Positions 35,784 to 47,331 of a stretch of 64,000 bases of DNA are shown here, in pieces (position 1 is the stretch's first letter; every line of letters starts with the position of its first letter). This DNA is from a virus. Location: the IMG/VR virus record IMGVR_UViG_3300034683_000333; one strand, given 5' to 3'. A program made the position numbers and the translations under genes. The notes beneath the pieces are model-generated. The model had not been told where the DNA came from. It did no database searches and saw nothing but the letters and a program-made list of their open reading frames with translations.

Positions 35784-38700
35784 AGAAAAGTCTTTTTACG
35801 ATAACATCCAGATATTTTTCGGGTATGACACTTGGAATGTGAACCCGAATCGAAAGCTTATCCATAACATTCTGGACTCCAATATTTGACCCACATAGCT
35901 CCATGGTAAGAAGGTTTCCAAACTCAGTATCCCAACGCCACAAGTTATTTAGTGGAAGAAGATTAACGTAGAATGTTCCAGTCGATGTGGTATCCACACT
36001 CACCACAATGTCTTCGTAGGGAACTGCAAATGACCAACCCACCTCAATGGAATTTGATTTTCTATAAACATAGACCGAAGCGCTCTGAAAGAGACTTGAT
36101 GACTCCATTTGCCAAATCTTATCCGTGTAGGAAACGACGTGAACGGGATTTTGAGCACTAGGACTTCTTCCGGTTGTTGGCAAGTTCCATCTGGCCCACC
36201 AATCCCGAACAATTCCTTGGATCGTACTCCGAAGCTCCGGGTAGATCTCCATAAGACCCACAAACTCTTTGAGCGTTACGGGCATGGAATATGGATCAGA
36301 CAATCCATTAAGAAGGGCTTCGGCCCACGGAACCGCCTTGTCTCCAGCACGAAGCGTCCATGCAAATGTGAGATAACTTCGGAATCGGATGTTGTATGTC
36401 GTATCTGGAACCATGACAAGATGGTAAAAGGCATCACCCGTTTCAACATACTTTTTCATGTAATCATCAACCAGTATGTTGTAATTAAGTTTAATCTCAC
36501 CCAATGCCGTTTCGGCCTATGATTGATTAACATAAACATTATTTGATTCGAGTATATCTTTGACACGATTAGCAAGATTCTTATCAGAAAACTCATTTTT
36601 TGATAACTAAACGTTTTCGGGTAAGAAGATAAGATTTGATTTTACATCCTAAGTATATACTGGTAGAGAAAGCGTGATTGGAACAATGTATGTCGAATAA
36701 AATAACTCCAAAACGGAACTAGGAAGAAACCTTTCAAACACTGCACGGAACTTTTTACGAAGCTCAAAGAAGGCCCCCTAAAACGCCTTGCCATCATCAT
36801 AAGCTGAATCGGTAGTATTTCCAAGAACAGCATTCATTGATTTTTGCATTGTTTGGACGTGTTGATTATTTTGATCAAACACAGCCAAAAACCAAAGAGC
36901 CTTAAAGATGTTTACCCCGGTTGAAATCACACTAGACAAAACACTAGGATCGGAAAGTTGTAGGCGTGAACTTACAGTTACCATTGATGAAGTTGTTTTT
37001 TGAACACCATCTTCATCAACATATTTGATATTTACAATAATAGTCTGCGGTTCCGTGCTATACACAAGATATTTATGAAGTAACTTAACACCAGTTCCAT
37101 AGACCTCATGCACATACATTTCCGTTGATTGAAGAGCTTTGATATCGTAAAGCGATGTTAGTTCAACCAATGTATCGTTATATACATAATCAACTTCTGT
37201 AATTCTAAATTTAGAATAAAGTCGTGAATTTTGCGTAGGTTCAATGAGAATGGTAAACACATCTTCGGTAACTTCGGAGGCTTCACATGTTAGATCCGTC
37301 GAATAAACACGAGAAACAGTGAATGTATCAAATGAAAATGGTGCTATAATGATGTTACTAAGAAATGATTTAAGATTTTCTTTAACGCTTTTATTATTTT
37401 CTGCACTATAAATAAGTGTATCGATAATTTCATTCGTCGTAAGAGACATCGCTGTTTGATCAATCATCACATCCACTTTAACATTGTCCATAAACCAGTT
37501 AACAATTGAAGATATTGATCCACCAAGAAATCCATTTTCCTCCATCCAATCAAAGAATGTAGTGTCGAACGACTCTTTCTTTTTCGTTGTAATATACTTT
37601 TTCCGCTAACTTAAACCATCTACATAATTTCTATATTTCCATGAACTAGGTAATTTATCTTTATAATACTTCACAAGAAAAGATTCCATAGCAATTGGCT
37701 GAATAGAAGAACCATTGAAAATATTTGACGAATTAAACTTTACCCATCCAGTATGATTTCCAGATCGGGAGATTTTTCCGATTGTATATTCGACAAGTCC
37801 ATTGAACGACATCTTCTCAATAGCATCATTTTCTAATTTTGTCTTAACGTTTTCGGGGTCGTTGCGATCCAATGAAAAGTAATGAATCATATAATCTAGC
37901 GTAGCCGTATCATCCCAAGAATCATCCGTTAACAATAAATTTTGGAAACGATTCTTCCCCAATATCATTGCATTGGATTTTAACGTAGGTTCAAGAGAAA
38001 CCTCAATCTCATTTCCAATGTGTGACTGGTAATCATTCTAGAAATCAATAAAAAAGTTTTTCATGCCATTGATAATAGTATCCAATACAGTCGATTTTGT
38101 TAAATTCACAACATCTTTTGTGTGTCCAATGTTCGGTGACATAAATTTATGTATAATAATATCATCTCCATCTTGATTACTGTCATAAACAAAATATTCA
38201 ACCAAATCCATCCCAATGGACATCGGAACTTTAAATTGAACTGGAACACCACGAATCGTCGTTGTTTTATTGTAGGTTAGTTCTTTGATATCAATTCCGG
38301 TTCTAAATAGATTGCGATCCGTTAATGTATAAATATACGTCTCATCTGACGCAAAAGTAACATCTTGTTTTATTTCTTCAACTTTCTTATATAATTGCTG
38401 AACAACGGGCTCATGCGATTTCTTTCTAAGCTTATACCTGGTTGTAATAAACGGCACTTCCATCTATTCTTGGAAATAATTAACATCTGTTGTGTCAATA
38501 CCCTCAGTTGTAATTGATAGGTGGATAATACCATTTAATGATTGTATAATATCATCAGTGTAGTTCATACCCTGCTTAAAACGATAACGATAATAAAGTG
38601 TAAACCATTTATTAAGATTTCCGGTTTCATTTAGTTGCAGGGTGGGTTCAAGGGACAATGAATAAGAAGTTGTGTCCCACTCCAGATATTCAAAAATTGG

Positions 38701-40278
38701 TCCCGTGGCATCCAGTTCAACGACAATTGGAACGTTTTGTAGATAAATCAATTCATATTTTACTGGAATTGACAGAACCATCCAACGATCTGTTGCATCC
38801 GGGCTTAAATAGGCACTGAAATCATCATAACTTGTAAAATCATCACTCCACGGAACAAGAAGATCCGGGTTCCAACCATTTTTCACCCCCGTGTATTCCG
38901 GTGTAAAATTGATTTTTGCGATATAGTCTTTAATGATATCAAAGGGAGCATAAACAAACCGTTTGATGTAGTCTTTATTGGCTTCACTAAATGTATCCGA
39001 CATGAACAACCGGATACCATTTTCTCCGTAGGATAGTAGATTTTTATTTACATCGAATCGTAAATTAAATGTATCGAGATAAATTTTATTTACAAATTGG
39101 CTGTATGGGACCTTCGAACTCCAAAGAAGGTTGTTTGAATACTCCAGAACATCTATTTTAATCGGAATATCCGTGGTGCTGTCAACAAACAACGCCATGG
39201 AATCTTCTGTTTCCACAAACGTAAAATCCACATCCCAATCTGGAATGATGTTTTTAACTTGAAACCAAATATATGTATTCCACCAAAGCGTGCCGTCCTG
39301 GTAAAGATTGAATTCCCATTGATAGCGATTGTTCCGAATAAGCAAAAAACGAATGAAATTTACATTCAGAATATCAAGATGCCCATTCTCCATTCGTTGC
39401 ACACTCGACACCACCTCGTACAAATCGCTTGGTGTGTTGAGTGCCCCTGTAAAATCCACATCCCAATGTACACGATTCAGGTAGAAATCTTGCGCCTCGG
39501 ACCAGAAAAGGTTGAATAAAACATCCGTATCCGCACCCGTTTTCAACTCGTAGACTTCACTTGGTGTATGGAAATACTATTTCTTTTCTTCAGCATGAAC
39601 AACATCCCATGAATCGCCGACGGTACGCTTTATGTTTTCGATAAAATGATTTCTGACTATTTCTTTATAGTCAATCAATTCAATTTCATTCCAAGACAAA
39701 TAATTAAGCTTTAACTTATTATTCAATTTAACGACATAATTGTTATAAATATAATCCTTTAATCCCGTCATAAGTGCATAATCGTTAAACATATCCATTT
39801 CAATAAAGTGAACATCATACTGAATAACCAAATCGTTTGCAAGCCATGGAATGGTTGGTTTCACAAACAACGGAAACGAAAACATATTACCTTCACTTAA
39901 TTCCGGCTAACGGACAACACGAAGAACAAAGTGAAGATCGATTTCCTTCATGAGAAGTGTGTGATCGTAGATGATTTCATCTCGTGTAAACATTACAACA
40001 CTTTGGTCATAACGATTCGTTCCATCCGACTAAAAGATATCCAGGACCTCGAAAAACGTCCGGTCTTTCAAAAACCAACTGTCATCAAATACAAGCTCCA
40101 TGGCGGTAACGTCGGAATACGATTCGAAAACCGTTTTTTGAAGCGTTGAATCGAGTGATAAATAATTTTTTATGGTCTGAATGTCCGTTGTAATATCAAA
40201 TGTTGTATCAGACCAACTTGTTTCATCACCACGATTAAAGTAAATTTTGTGCCTTAGATTGTTTAGGTAAGTAGCCAT
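35782..40278 (-). CDS. Large (1498 aa) putative structural protein; recoded (10 TAG)
   Basis: GAGG SD + ATG 40278; joins track ORFs 40030, 39577, 38464, 38038, 37606, 36778 and 35782; TAA stop. Confidence 0.85.
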
Positions 40279-40287
40279 ATATCAGCC

Positions 40288-41199
40288 TCATTTTACGATT
40301 CTATTTTTAAAGTTTATGTAATCAATATTATAGAAAATCTTCCTAAAAGAAGCCTTATTGTTTGTGATTTTTCTTAAATACACTTCGCCCGTTGCAACAT
40401 CTTTCATAACCAAGTAAAAATCTACAAACTTTGAAAATTGATCCATACTCGAAAAATTTTGCGAAAGAATTTGTTGTTCGAGCGCATCGGCATTTCTCAA
40501 AGGAGATGACGTAACGGTGAATCGAACCTCAAAAAAGGGAATGTACTTTGTTTGAGAACGAATATCAGGATCATCAATTATAAATGCAAAATGGGTGGAA
40601 TCCTTAAACGAACGGGACTATTCAAAAAAGGAAGAATCAACTGGTGTTTCAAAGTCGTCGTGTTCAAAGAAATCGTCAAAATTGTATTTAGAAAGTATGA
40701 ATGGCGGAATTTCGTTATAGGCCGTTTCGTCAAAGAAAAATGACGAGTTGTAGAAACGTTTTTCTGTTACAAGCTTATCTCCAAAGTAAAAATAGTATAT
40801 AACTTCAATGGGAAATCTAAAAACAGATTTGATTTCATCTCCTGCATCCAACAACTGGGATTTGATCACCGGAACATGCATAATTTTTGAAAACGACGTA
40901 TTAAACTTTGGATAAAATGCCAACTATCGAAACCAACTATCGAGATCTTCTTCATAATTTAGAATATTTAGAACACTTGTCTCGTCATAGTTCAATAACA
41001 GGTCTTCGTTATCAATGGGGATTAAGTTAATCTTCATCGAAAGCTTTTCGCTTGTATCGATTAAAGTGGACAACGAGGCAATATCTATAAGCGCATTGTT
41101 ATATGAAAATTTTGAATCAGATTTTTTACTTAAAGGAACAATTACACCAAGACGTTCATTATAATTATATATGATTTCTCGTAATTTTGCATTGTCCAT
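40288..41199 (-). CDS. Hypothetical (303 aa); recoded (2 TAG)
   Basis: AAGGAG SD + ATG 41199; joins track ORFs 40924, 40618 and 40288; ACTAATT at 41244-41250. Confidence 0.8.
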
Positions 41200-41321
41200 G
41201 CGACACTCCTTAAACGGTGGAAGTTCATATATTATATCTTTGAAATTAGTTGGACAATGAAAAGAAAAAGGCCAATCACAAAACGTGATCGGCCTTGTAA
41301 AATGTGTTGATTAGATGGTTT

Positions 41322-41549
41322 TTATTTAGACTTTGGCTTTTTGGCCTTCTTAACATTTTTCTTCGACTTGGTTTTCTGTTTCGCTTCAATGATCTCTTCC
41401 TCACCGTCATGATAAATAGCCGTTTCACGAAGATTCCCAGGTGCCACGATATAGACACTTCCAGGATCTTCCTTTAGTGCATTCACCAAATCTTCTCGTG
41501 TAAAGAAAATGTCATCCCTTGTCGTTTTTGTTTTTTCTTTCTTATCCAT
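41322..41549 (-). CDS. Small Lys-rich hypothetical protein
   Basis: AGGAGG SD + ATG 41549; TAA stop. Confidence 0.7.
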   Translation of the reverse strand: MDKKEKTKTTRDDIFFTREDLVNALKEDPGSVYIVAPGNLRETAIYHDGEEEIIEAKQKTKSKKNVKKAKKPKSK

Positions 41550-41958
41550 TGTTTTCCTCCTATTGACTTTTCCAAAAATACACACAAAATGTCGAAGGCT
41601 TTCGATTATATTTCTTCTCGTATTTGGAAGCCTCAGACTCGTATTTATTATAATCTATTAGTTTCAAAACTTCAAGTAAAAAATAATCAATAACTTCATC
41701 CCAATTTACATCATCTAATGTATACCGTTGTTTTTCCTTATCAAAACGCCCACCAAAAAATTCAAGATATGGATTAACAACCTTTTGTGTAAGTGGATCT
41801 GGCAATCCAATTTCCTTATATAACTCAACAATCTTATTGATTACCTAATCGGGCCATAACTTTGATTTAGCTACACGACCCAGCGTAACAAGATCTGGTC
41901 GATATATTACAAATGGTTTGAACTTTGGTGGTAAGGTTTTGCTATTTTTAACAAACAT
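41542..41958 (-). CDS. Hypothetical protein; recoded (TAG at 41845 and probably 41560)
   Basis: ATG 41958 overlaps the upstream TAA (TAATG): MFVKNSK…KLWPD*VINKIVELY…. Confidence 0.7.
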
Positions 41959-42734
41959 TATGGTTTCCTCATTTGAACAGAATTGATATAGTTATATCTA
42001 CCAGTTAAAATGTCTTTCATCTTTTTATTTGTTTGTTCATCGAATCCAACTTGATCCACAACATTCAAAATTTCATCCAGAGAAACTGTATTAAAATGTT
42101 CCAAGCTCTGTTCTACTTCATCGGGACTCAATCGGGTATAAACCTTGGCGGCATTACCAATTTGAAAAAATGTATCCAATTCAGGAACGCTATCACCGTT
42201 AAACAGGTGATCCCCCTTGGGTGCTCCCTGTGCCCTAAAGAGGAGAGCACCACCGGCATCGAGTCGAAAAGGCTGGCCCGTTTTTGAATTGATAAAACAA
42301 TTGTCAAAAACTAACCCGAAAACATCCCAATTGGCAAGAAAGGCATCCACCGCATAACCCATTCCAGCCTTCTTGAAATCCTCGTCGGTCTTAAGGGGTT
42401 TGAGATCGTCCACCTATTTGGAAGCAATTCCGAATTCACCATTTCGTTCGATGAATTTAACTTCCGGCGTCTCCAAGCCCCACAATTTATAGAGTTGCAC
42501 GGCCAACATTTCATTGCGGGCATGTTTTTCCGTCTCGGGAAATTTCACGTACCACTTTTCTCCCTTTTCATCCCGAAAAACACCCCCACGGTTTGACCCG
42601 AGTTGACCACCTTCCCTCGTCCACTTGTCAATGGTGGTTGGTTTTTTATCCACCACCTAGTAACCCTGAAGGTATGGTTTCCCCTTTTTGCTTACTTTAG
42701 GAACCTTCTTTAATCGCCCGTGTCCACGTTTCAT
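41958..42734 (-). CDS. Putative HipA/PI3-PI4-kinase-like kinase (258 aa); recoded (2 TAG)
   Basis: QLGSNRGG (Gly loop), WYVKF, ARNEMLA, GIASK*VD, FLANWDVFG…DN, FRLDAGGALLFRAQG. Joins track ORFs 42414 and 41958 plus a basic N-terminal leader. Confidence 0.7.
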
Positions 42735-42898
42735 TATACCTTTTCCAACTTGTTAAATTCTTCTTCATCCATTTCGTTAATTTGGATAGCATATTGAACA
42801 CCAAGGTCCAATTCGTCGAGCAACATCACAAAAGCTTTTTTATCATTAACGACATACCAAGTATCGTCAAAGAGCCCACGAATTTTATAAACTTTCAT
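42734..42898 (-). CDS. 54-aa small protein, paralog family with acidic EM(D/T)EEEF tail
   Basis: MKVYKIRGLFDDTWY…INEMDEEEFNKLEKV*; GGAG SD; below the track cutoff. Confidence 0.65.
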   Translation of the reverse strand: MKVYKIRGLFDDTWYVVNDKKAFVMLLDELDLGVQYAIQINEMDEEEFNKLEKV

Positions 42899-42914
42899 TT
42901 ATTACACTCCCCAA

Positions 42915-43097
42915 TCATGCGTTTTCCATCTTTTCGTATTCTTCTTCGTCAATGTAAGCAATGCGAAGAATTAGATCCATCCCTTCACCTGGATTTTCTT
43001 TTTCGGTTGCTTCGATGATCTTCACAATATCGCTTAGAGATTTACAAACAAGATAATCTTCATCACCCCAAAACTTAATAGCATAAACCTTAATCAT
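42915..43097 (-). CDS. 60-aa small protein, same paralog family
   Basis: MIKVYAIKF…IAYIDEEEYEKMENA. Confidence 0.65.
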   Translation of the reverse strand: MIKVYAIKFWGDEDYLVCKSLSDIVKIIEATEKENPGEGMDLILRIAYIDEEEYEKMENA

Positions 43098-43696
43098 TGT
43101 TTAATCTCCTGTTGTCTATGGTTAAAAATGTTATTATACCAATTAGTTTGACTTCTCTTGGTATTATTTGCCTTAATTTTTACAAATCGTAGCCTATATT
43201 CAATAGCCTCCCTTGGAACATTAAAAACATCCACCAAATAATCTGTCAAATCCTCCATGGGCTTATTTTCGAGAAAGTTTTTGATTTCCTTCAAGAGCCT
43301 CCAACGTGGAACCAGCATATCCAAGGCAAAATCATTAGCAAGCTTATTTTTATGATCATTTCCAGTAAAATCGAACACCGTGTTGACCGTTTCGGGATTC
43401 CATGCGTCCTCTTTCTTTTTTCCACCGTATTTTGCGCCAAAATATCCAGTGACCAGATGTCCAAGGCAATGGGCAAGTACATAACGACGCATCGATTCGT
43501 CCGTCACATTACTTCGATTGATCACAATGATTTTTCCTTTGGGGGAAGTGTTTCTCCAGATGGCGAGCGTCTTGGGGGATTGTCGATCGTAAACCTCTTG
43601 ATAATAAACATCCAACTCTCGCATTGCACGTTCAAGATCTACAATACCGTTCGAGTCTGTAATGTCACGAGCAAGCTTAATTGCAACTTGGTTCAT
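43094..43696 (-). CDS. ImmA/IrrE-family metallopeptidase-like protein, catalytic Glu replaced (HCLGH)
   Basis: RRYVLAHCLGHL, ANDFALDMLVP, LVDVFNVPREAIEYRL. Confidence 0.75.
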   Translation of the reverse strand: MNQVAIKLARDITDSNGIVDLERAMRELDVYYQEVYDRQSPKTLAIWRNTSPKGKIIVINRSNVTDESMRRYVLAHCLGHLVTGYFGAKYGGKKKEDAWNPETVNTVFDFTGNDHKNKLANDFALDMLVPRWRLLKEIKNFLENKPMEDLTDYLVDVFNVPREAIEYRLRFVKIKANNTKRSQTNWYNNIFNHRQQEIKQ

Positions 43697-43720
43697 TTCC
43701 GTCTCCGTTGTCTTACATTT

Positions 43721-43942
43721 TTATTTAGTTTTTGGTTTCAGAAAAACAACACCTTGACTTGGAACAAGAACAGAAAGCACATTTACGTTCCCGATTTCTT
43801 TAGACCCATTTTTATTGTATAACACCAAGAAATCATTTCTAAAGAAAACATCATTTAAATAAGACTGTATCGACTCATAATCACTCTCATTGCAATCATT
43901 TATGTCAAGTTCAACAATACATCTCCACTTTTGTTTGTTCAT
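43721..43942 (-). CDS. Hypothetical protein
   Basis: GGAG SD; co-oriented. Confidence 0.55.
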   Translation of the reverse strand: MNKQKWRCIVELDINDCNESDYESIQSYLNDVFFRNDFLVLYNKNGSKEIGNVNVLSVLVPSQGVVFLKPKTK

Positions 43943-43957
43943 CTTCGCTCCCTTAGT

Positions 43958-44218
43958 TTACATACAAAGAATACTATTGTATTTTATATTATTCATCTTT
44001 ATCCAATTAAAGAACCTCTCTGAAATATCCTCGCAATCAAACTTATTAGTTGGAAAATACATAACATGTTTGATTACTTTTCCATTAACTTCACATTCAG
44101 TAATCATTTTAGATCGATCCCCATGTCTCTCCACAACTTTATTGAGCATAACCATTTGAACATCAACCTCCATACGTAACATAATGAATATGAGATTCAA
44201 CACATCAAACTTTAGCAA
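43958..44218 (-). CDS. Hypothetical protein (start uncertain)
   Basis: Co-oriented ORF; a downstream start near 44152 is possible. Confidence 0.5.
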   Translation of the reverse strand: MLKFDVLNLIFIMLRMEVDVQMVMLNKVVERHGDRSKMITECEVNGKVIKHVMYFPTNKFDCEDISERFFNWIKMNNIKYNSILCM

Positions 44219-44460
44219 ACTCGAATGCCGCTTCAGCTAGAACTCTCACCACGAATGATCTGCATGTATAATCGGTTTCGCTTCAGTATCAGAAAATGCA
44301 ACCAATTGTCAACCAATTTCGCTAAATCCCACCACCTCCTTCTGTTTAACATAAAAAAACTAAATTTATTTATAATATAATACGTTACTTGTGTATATCA
44401 ACTACAAGATAATTTTATACATAAACAAGTAAATACATTTATTTTGTTTGAATTATAAAC

Positions 44461-44916
44461 TTAATAACTCAAAAGACGACGACTTAACACATTAAATACA
44501 TAAACACGCTTATTTAGTTTTTTTGATTTCTTGATTGTATCCCAAGTTCCGCCGGTATCTTTATCTACGAAAGCAAGCACAACATCAGACAATCTTGCAA
44601 TCTCTCCATTTCTAATCATACCCGCCTTGCGACCAAAACGTTCCCAATCTGGTTTAATGATCACACTGGGTAGACCGTTTTTATCGACAAACTTTTCTGC
44701 AAATGTATCAACTCCCCTGGCTCCACCCGAAACAATCACATAAGATGAAGCTGGAATATTCAATTTATTCGAATAAGCATCTATAAAAGTTTTAATGTAT
44801 TTGTTAACAAGAGACTCATCAGTAATAGAACGGCTACCAACAATGGCTAGATAAACAAAGTGTTCATCTTTTTTGAAATCGGGTGGTATATTATTTATAA
44901 ACACTTGTTTCATCAA
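44461..44916 (-). CDS. SLOG-superfamily DUF2493/YspA-like protein
   Basis: AIVGSR, IVSGGARGVD, PDWERFGRKAGMIRN, GGTWDTI. Confidence 0.85.
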   Translation of the reverse strand: MMKQVFINNIPPDFKKDEHFVYLAIVGSRSITDESLVNKYIKTFIDAYSNKLNIPASSYVIVSGGARGVDTFAEKFVDKNGLPSVIIKPDWERFGRKAGMIRNGEIARLSDVVLAFVDKDTGGTWDTIKKSKKLNKRVYVFNVLSRRLLSY

Positions 44917-45254
44917 AGACCTCCCACATCACATCGATAAATATATCACACAAAGTACACATTGTCAAACATAGATACCACCAAAAGCGTCTTATACCTT
45001 TCGTTAAGCCATATAACATCCAAAAATGGGAGAAAATCGAAGAAAAGTGGAGAAAATGCGAGAAACGGGGGTTCGTCATTCGGGGCGATTTTGGGTCCCC
45101 CAATTTCAGGAAGACCACCCCAAATCGCCCCTAATCGAGATTGAATCGTCGTTCAGGTTTACATACATGGCTATTATCGGACATTGGGTTCCTTATCTGC
45201 TCAAAACCGTTGACATTTTAGCACCGTGGGCTTGTTTTATAAACCGAAAGTGAC

Positions 45255-45662
45255 TCACGAAAATCTTAAAAACGTCTCCGGGTACCGATACCGACGATCC
45301 AAAAGTTCCTTGATCGTCTCATAATGCCTTCCAAGCTCGGGGTGATTGAGAACATCCACAAGAAACTGCAAAACCGCATCGTGGTTTTTCACATAGTTCA
45401 TCGTAATCGCCTCGAAATACCCCCCGTGATCGACCTTCCCGGCGTATTCATCAGACTCGAAAAAACCGGTGATATTGTTTTTGTAACAAAAATCAAAGAT
45501 TCTCCCGATGTCACGAGAAACATCATCGCTTTTAATCCACACAAGAAAGACTCCATCGCCCCTTGTGAATCGATCATCAATAATCATCTTAAAATTTTCG
45601 ACAAACCTATTTCTTGTTTCCTCGTCGGGCATCGTGAATTCAAAATAAATTGTGTTACCCAT
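45255..45662 (-). CDS. Hypothetical protein
   Basis: 135 aa, co-oriented. Confidence 0.6.
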   Translation of the reverse strand: MGNTIYFEFTMPDEETRNRFVENFKMIIDDRFTRGDGVFLVWIKSDDVSRDIGRIFDFCYKNNITGFFESDEYAGKVDHGGYFEAITMNYVKNHDAVLQFLVDVLNHPELGRHYETIKELLDRRYRYPETFLRFS

Positions 45663-45684
45663 CTCTATACACTCCCACTTTGTT

Positions 45685-45885
45685 TTAATGGTGATTAACT
45701 TTTACGAATTTCTTTGGAATATAATATTCGCAAAAAAACACATTATTGGGCAAATATGTAAAATCGAACATAGCATTGGATACATATGAATCTTTACGAT
45801 TTTCATTTTGTTTACGAAGTTCAGAGCGCAAGCATTCATCGCCCTTTGGACAACCTACATTTACACAAACAGTAAACAAAGTCAA
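45685..45885 (-). CDS. Small Cys-containing hypothetical protein
   Basis: CVNVGCPKGDECLR…FCEYY. Confidence 0.55.
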   Translation of the reverse strand: MTLFTVCVNVGCPKGDECLRSELRKQNENRKDSYVSNAMFDFTYLPNNVFFCEYYIPKKFVKVNHH

Positions 45886-45912
45886 CTCCTTTTTTTACAT
45901 TTTAAAATAATG

Positions 45913-46890
45913 TTATTTGTAGAGTTTAAGAATCATTTGTTCCGCATAATTATGGTCAAACGACAAATCCGCAAACGGACCTTTTTCAGATAGCTCTTCA
46001 ATTTCTTCAATTTGTGATGCCAAAAGATCATTACATACTTTCCATTCCAACTGCCCATGCTTAATCTTCAAAATGAATTCAATTGCATCACTGGGAAGTG
46101 GGAATTTCAACTCACCATGAAGATAAAGATTTTTTGCTTGATACAAAATCCGAAAAGCATGAGACACGGCTTTCCAATCAATTCCTTCATTGGCCTCAGC
46201 CATTCTAGCACGATGACCGTAGATTTTCCATTCTCGTTCGATTCTTTCTTTGAATTCCCCCGTCCTAATGTTCAGTTGATGGGCCTTCCCATTAACAATT
46301 AACATGCTATTTTTAATAAAACAGAGATTTTCGGCGTTGATCGCTTGAACAAAATCATCGGCATAATCGAGCAATCGACTGTCTTCATCAATATGCCTAA
46401 ACTTCTCAACCAATTTACTTAATACGCTAAGACGACTGCCTTTTAGTCCATACTTTTTTGCTTGTTGATAACAATAACCCAAAAATGCTTTGTTCTTTTT
46501 TAATTGCAATAACTTTTTGCAATTAAAGAAGTCTTTGTGTAATGAATTATAAATAACTACATTTTCGTTTGTAATACTAAACAATAAATCGATTGCAACT
46601 GTATCGCCTTTAGACAGCAGGGCGTAAAATTTTTGAATTGACCAGAGACCAAAATCAACGTCATTGGGGCCATTTCGTGTATTATTATCACTAGTTGAAA
46701 AATGTACTGACTCCGGTTGTTTGTTTAAAATACATGAACTTAAAGATGGTAAAAAGATGCCTCGAAAATCTTCATCAGAATTTTCGGTTGCCGTGCCATA
46801 CAAATGACTCCCGAATTTTGTTAGATACAATAACTCAACATTGTTTTCTTTACACTTTTGAATGGCAAAGTCTAGCATATTGATCTCCAC
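45913..46890 (-). CDS. DNA polymerase beta-superfamily nucleotidyltransferase (RlaP/YcgL-like)
   Basis: FGSHLYG…SDEDFRGIF (GS…DxD) motif. Confidence 0.85.
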   Translation of the reverse strand: MEINMLDFAIQKCKENNVELLYLTKFGSHLYGTATENSDEDFRGIFLPSLSSCILNKQPESVHFSTSDNNTRNGPNDVDFGLWSIQKFYALLSKGDTVAIDLLFSITNENVVIYNSLHKDFFNCKKLLQLKKNKAFLGYCYQQAKKYGLKGSRLSVLSKLVEKFRHIDEDSRLLDYADDFVQAINAENLCFIKNSMLIVNGKAHQLNIRTGEFKERIEREWKIYGHRARMAEANEGIDWKAVSHAFRILYQAKNLYLHGELKFPLPSDAIEFILKIKHGQLEWKVCNDLLASQIEEIEELSEKGPFADLSFDHNYAEQMILKLYK

Positions 46891-46931
46891 TAATTCTTTA
46901 AACGCATTTTATGCGATCGAAAGGAAGAACC

Positions 46932-47243
46932 ATGTCCTTTACCAAAATTGATAATACACATTTTGTGTGTGATCTTTATGAACTCTATAAGACCGATATT
47001 TCAGCATACGTTCTTCAAAAAGTCAAAGATCTAGCAGTATTTAATAACACAACGGAAACCAAGTTTCATTTTGATCTTTTGTTTCTCACTCCCTCCAATT
47101 TGGTAAGCGACTACTACAAAACCAACATCAACATTTTGGCAGATATTATCGATGGGATAAGCATGGTCGATAAACACACATTAACCAATACTTATCTCAC
47201 CGATGTAACATCCGCCGATCAGGTTTATATGAACGAAGAGTGA
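46932..47243 (+). CDS. Hypothetical protein, probably truncated by the IS right-end fragment
   Basis: AAGGA SD + ATG 46932; ACTAATT at 46889-46895; the TGA stop is supplied by the IS end. Confidence 0.55.
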   Translation: MSFTKIDNTHFVCDLYELYKTDISAYVLQKVKDLAVFNNTTETKFHFDLLFLTPSNLVSDYYKTNINILADIIDGISMVDKHTLTNTYLTDVTSADQVYMNEE

Positions 47244-47331
47244 ACTACCCCCACCTATAGAGGTGGTGGCTTCGTGGTCAATGCTCCCATCGGAGCAAGA
47301 TTACCCACGCTCAAAGGGCTGTTCCTTCCCC
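47241..47331 (-). mobile_element. Solo copy of the inner IS605 right end (3' part of the omegaRNA), with no transposase and no left end
   Basis: Near-identical to 33245-33335 (TGAACTACCCCACCTATAGAGGTGGTGGCTTCGTGGTCAAT…CAAAGGGCTGTTCC). Confidence 0.85.

Noticed and set aside
10233-41199. Mass pseudogenisation or sequencing errors as the cause of the fragmented ORFs
   Set aside because: Every interruption is TAG, never TAA/TGA or a frameshift, over more than 25 kb; genes have proper SD starts and TAA/TGA ends, and a tRNA-CUA is present.
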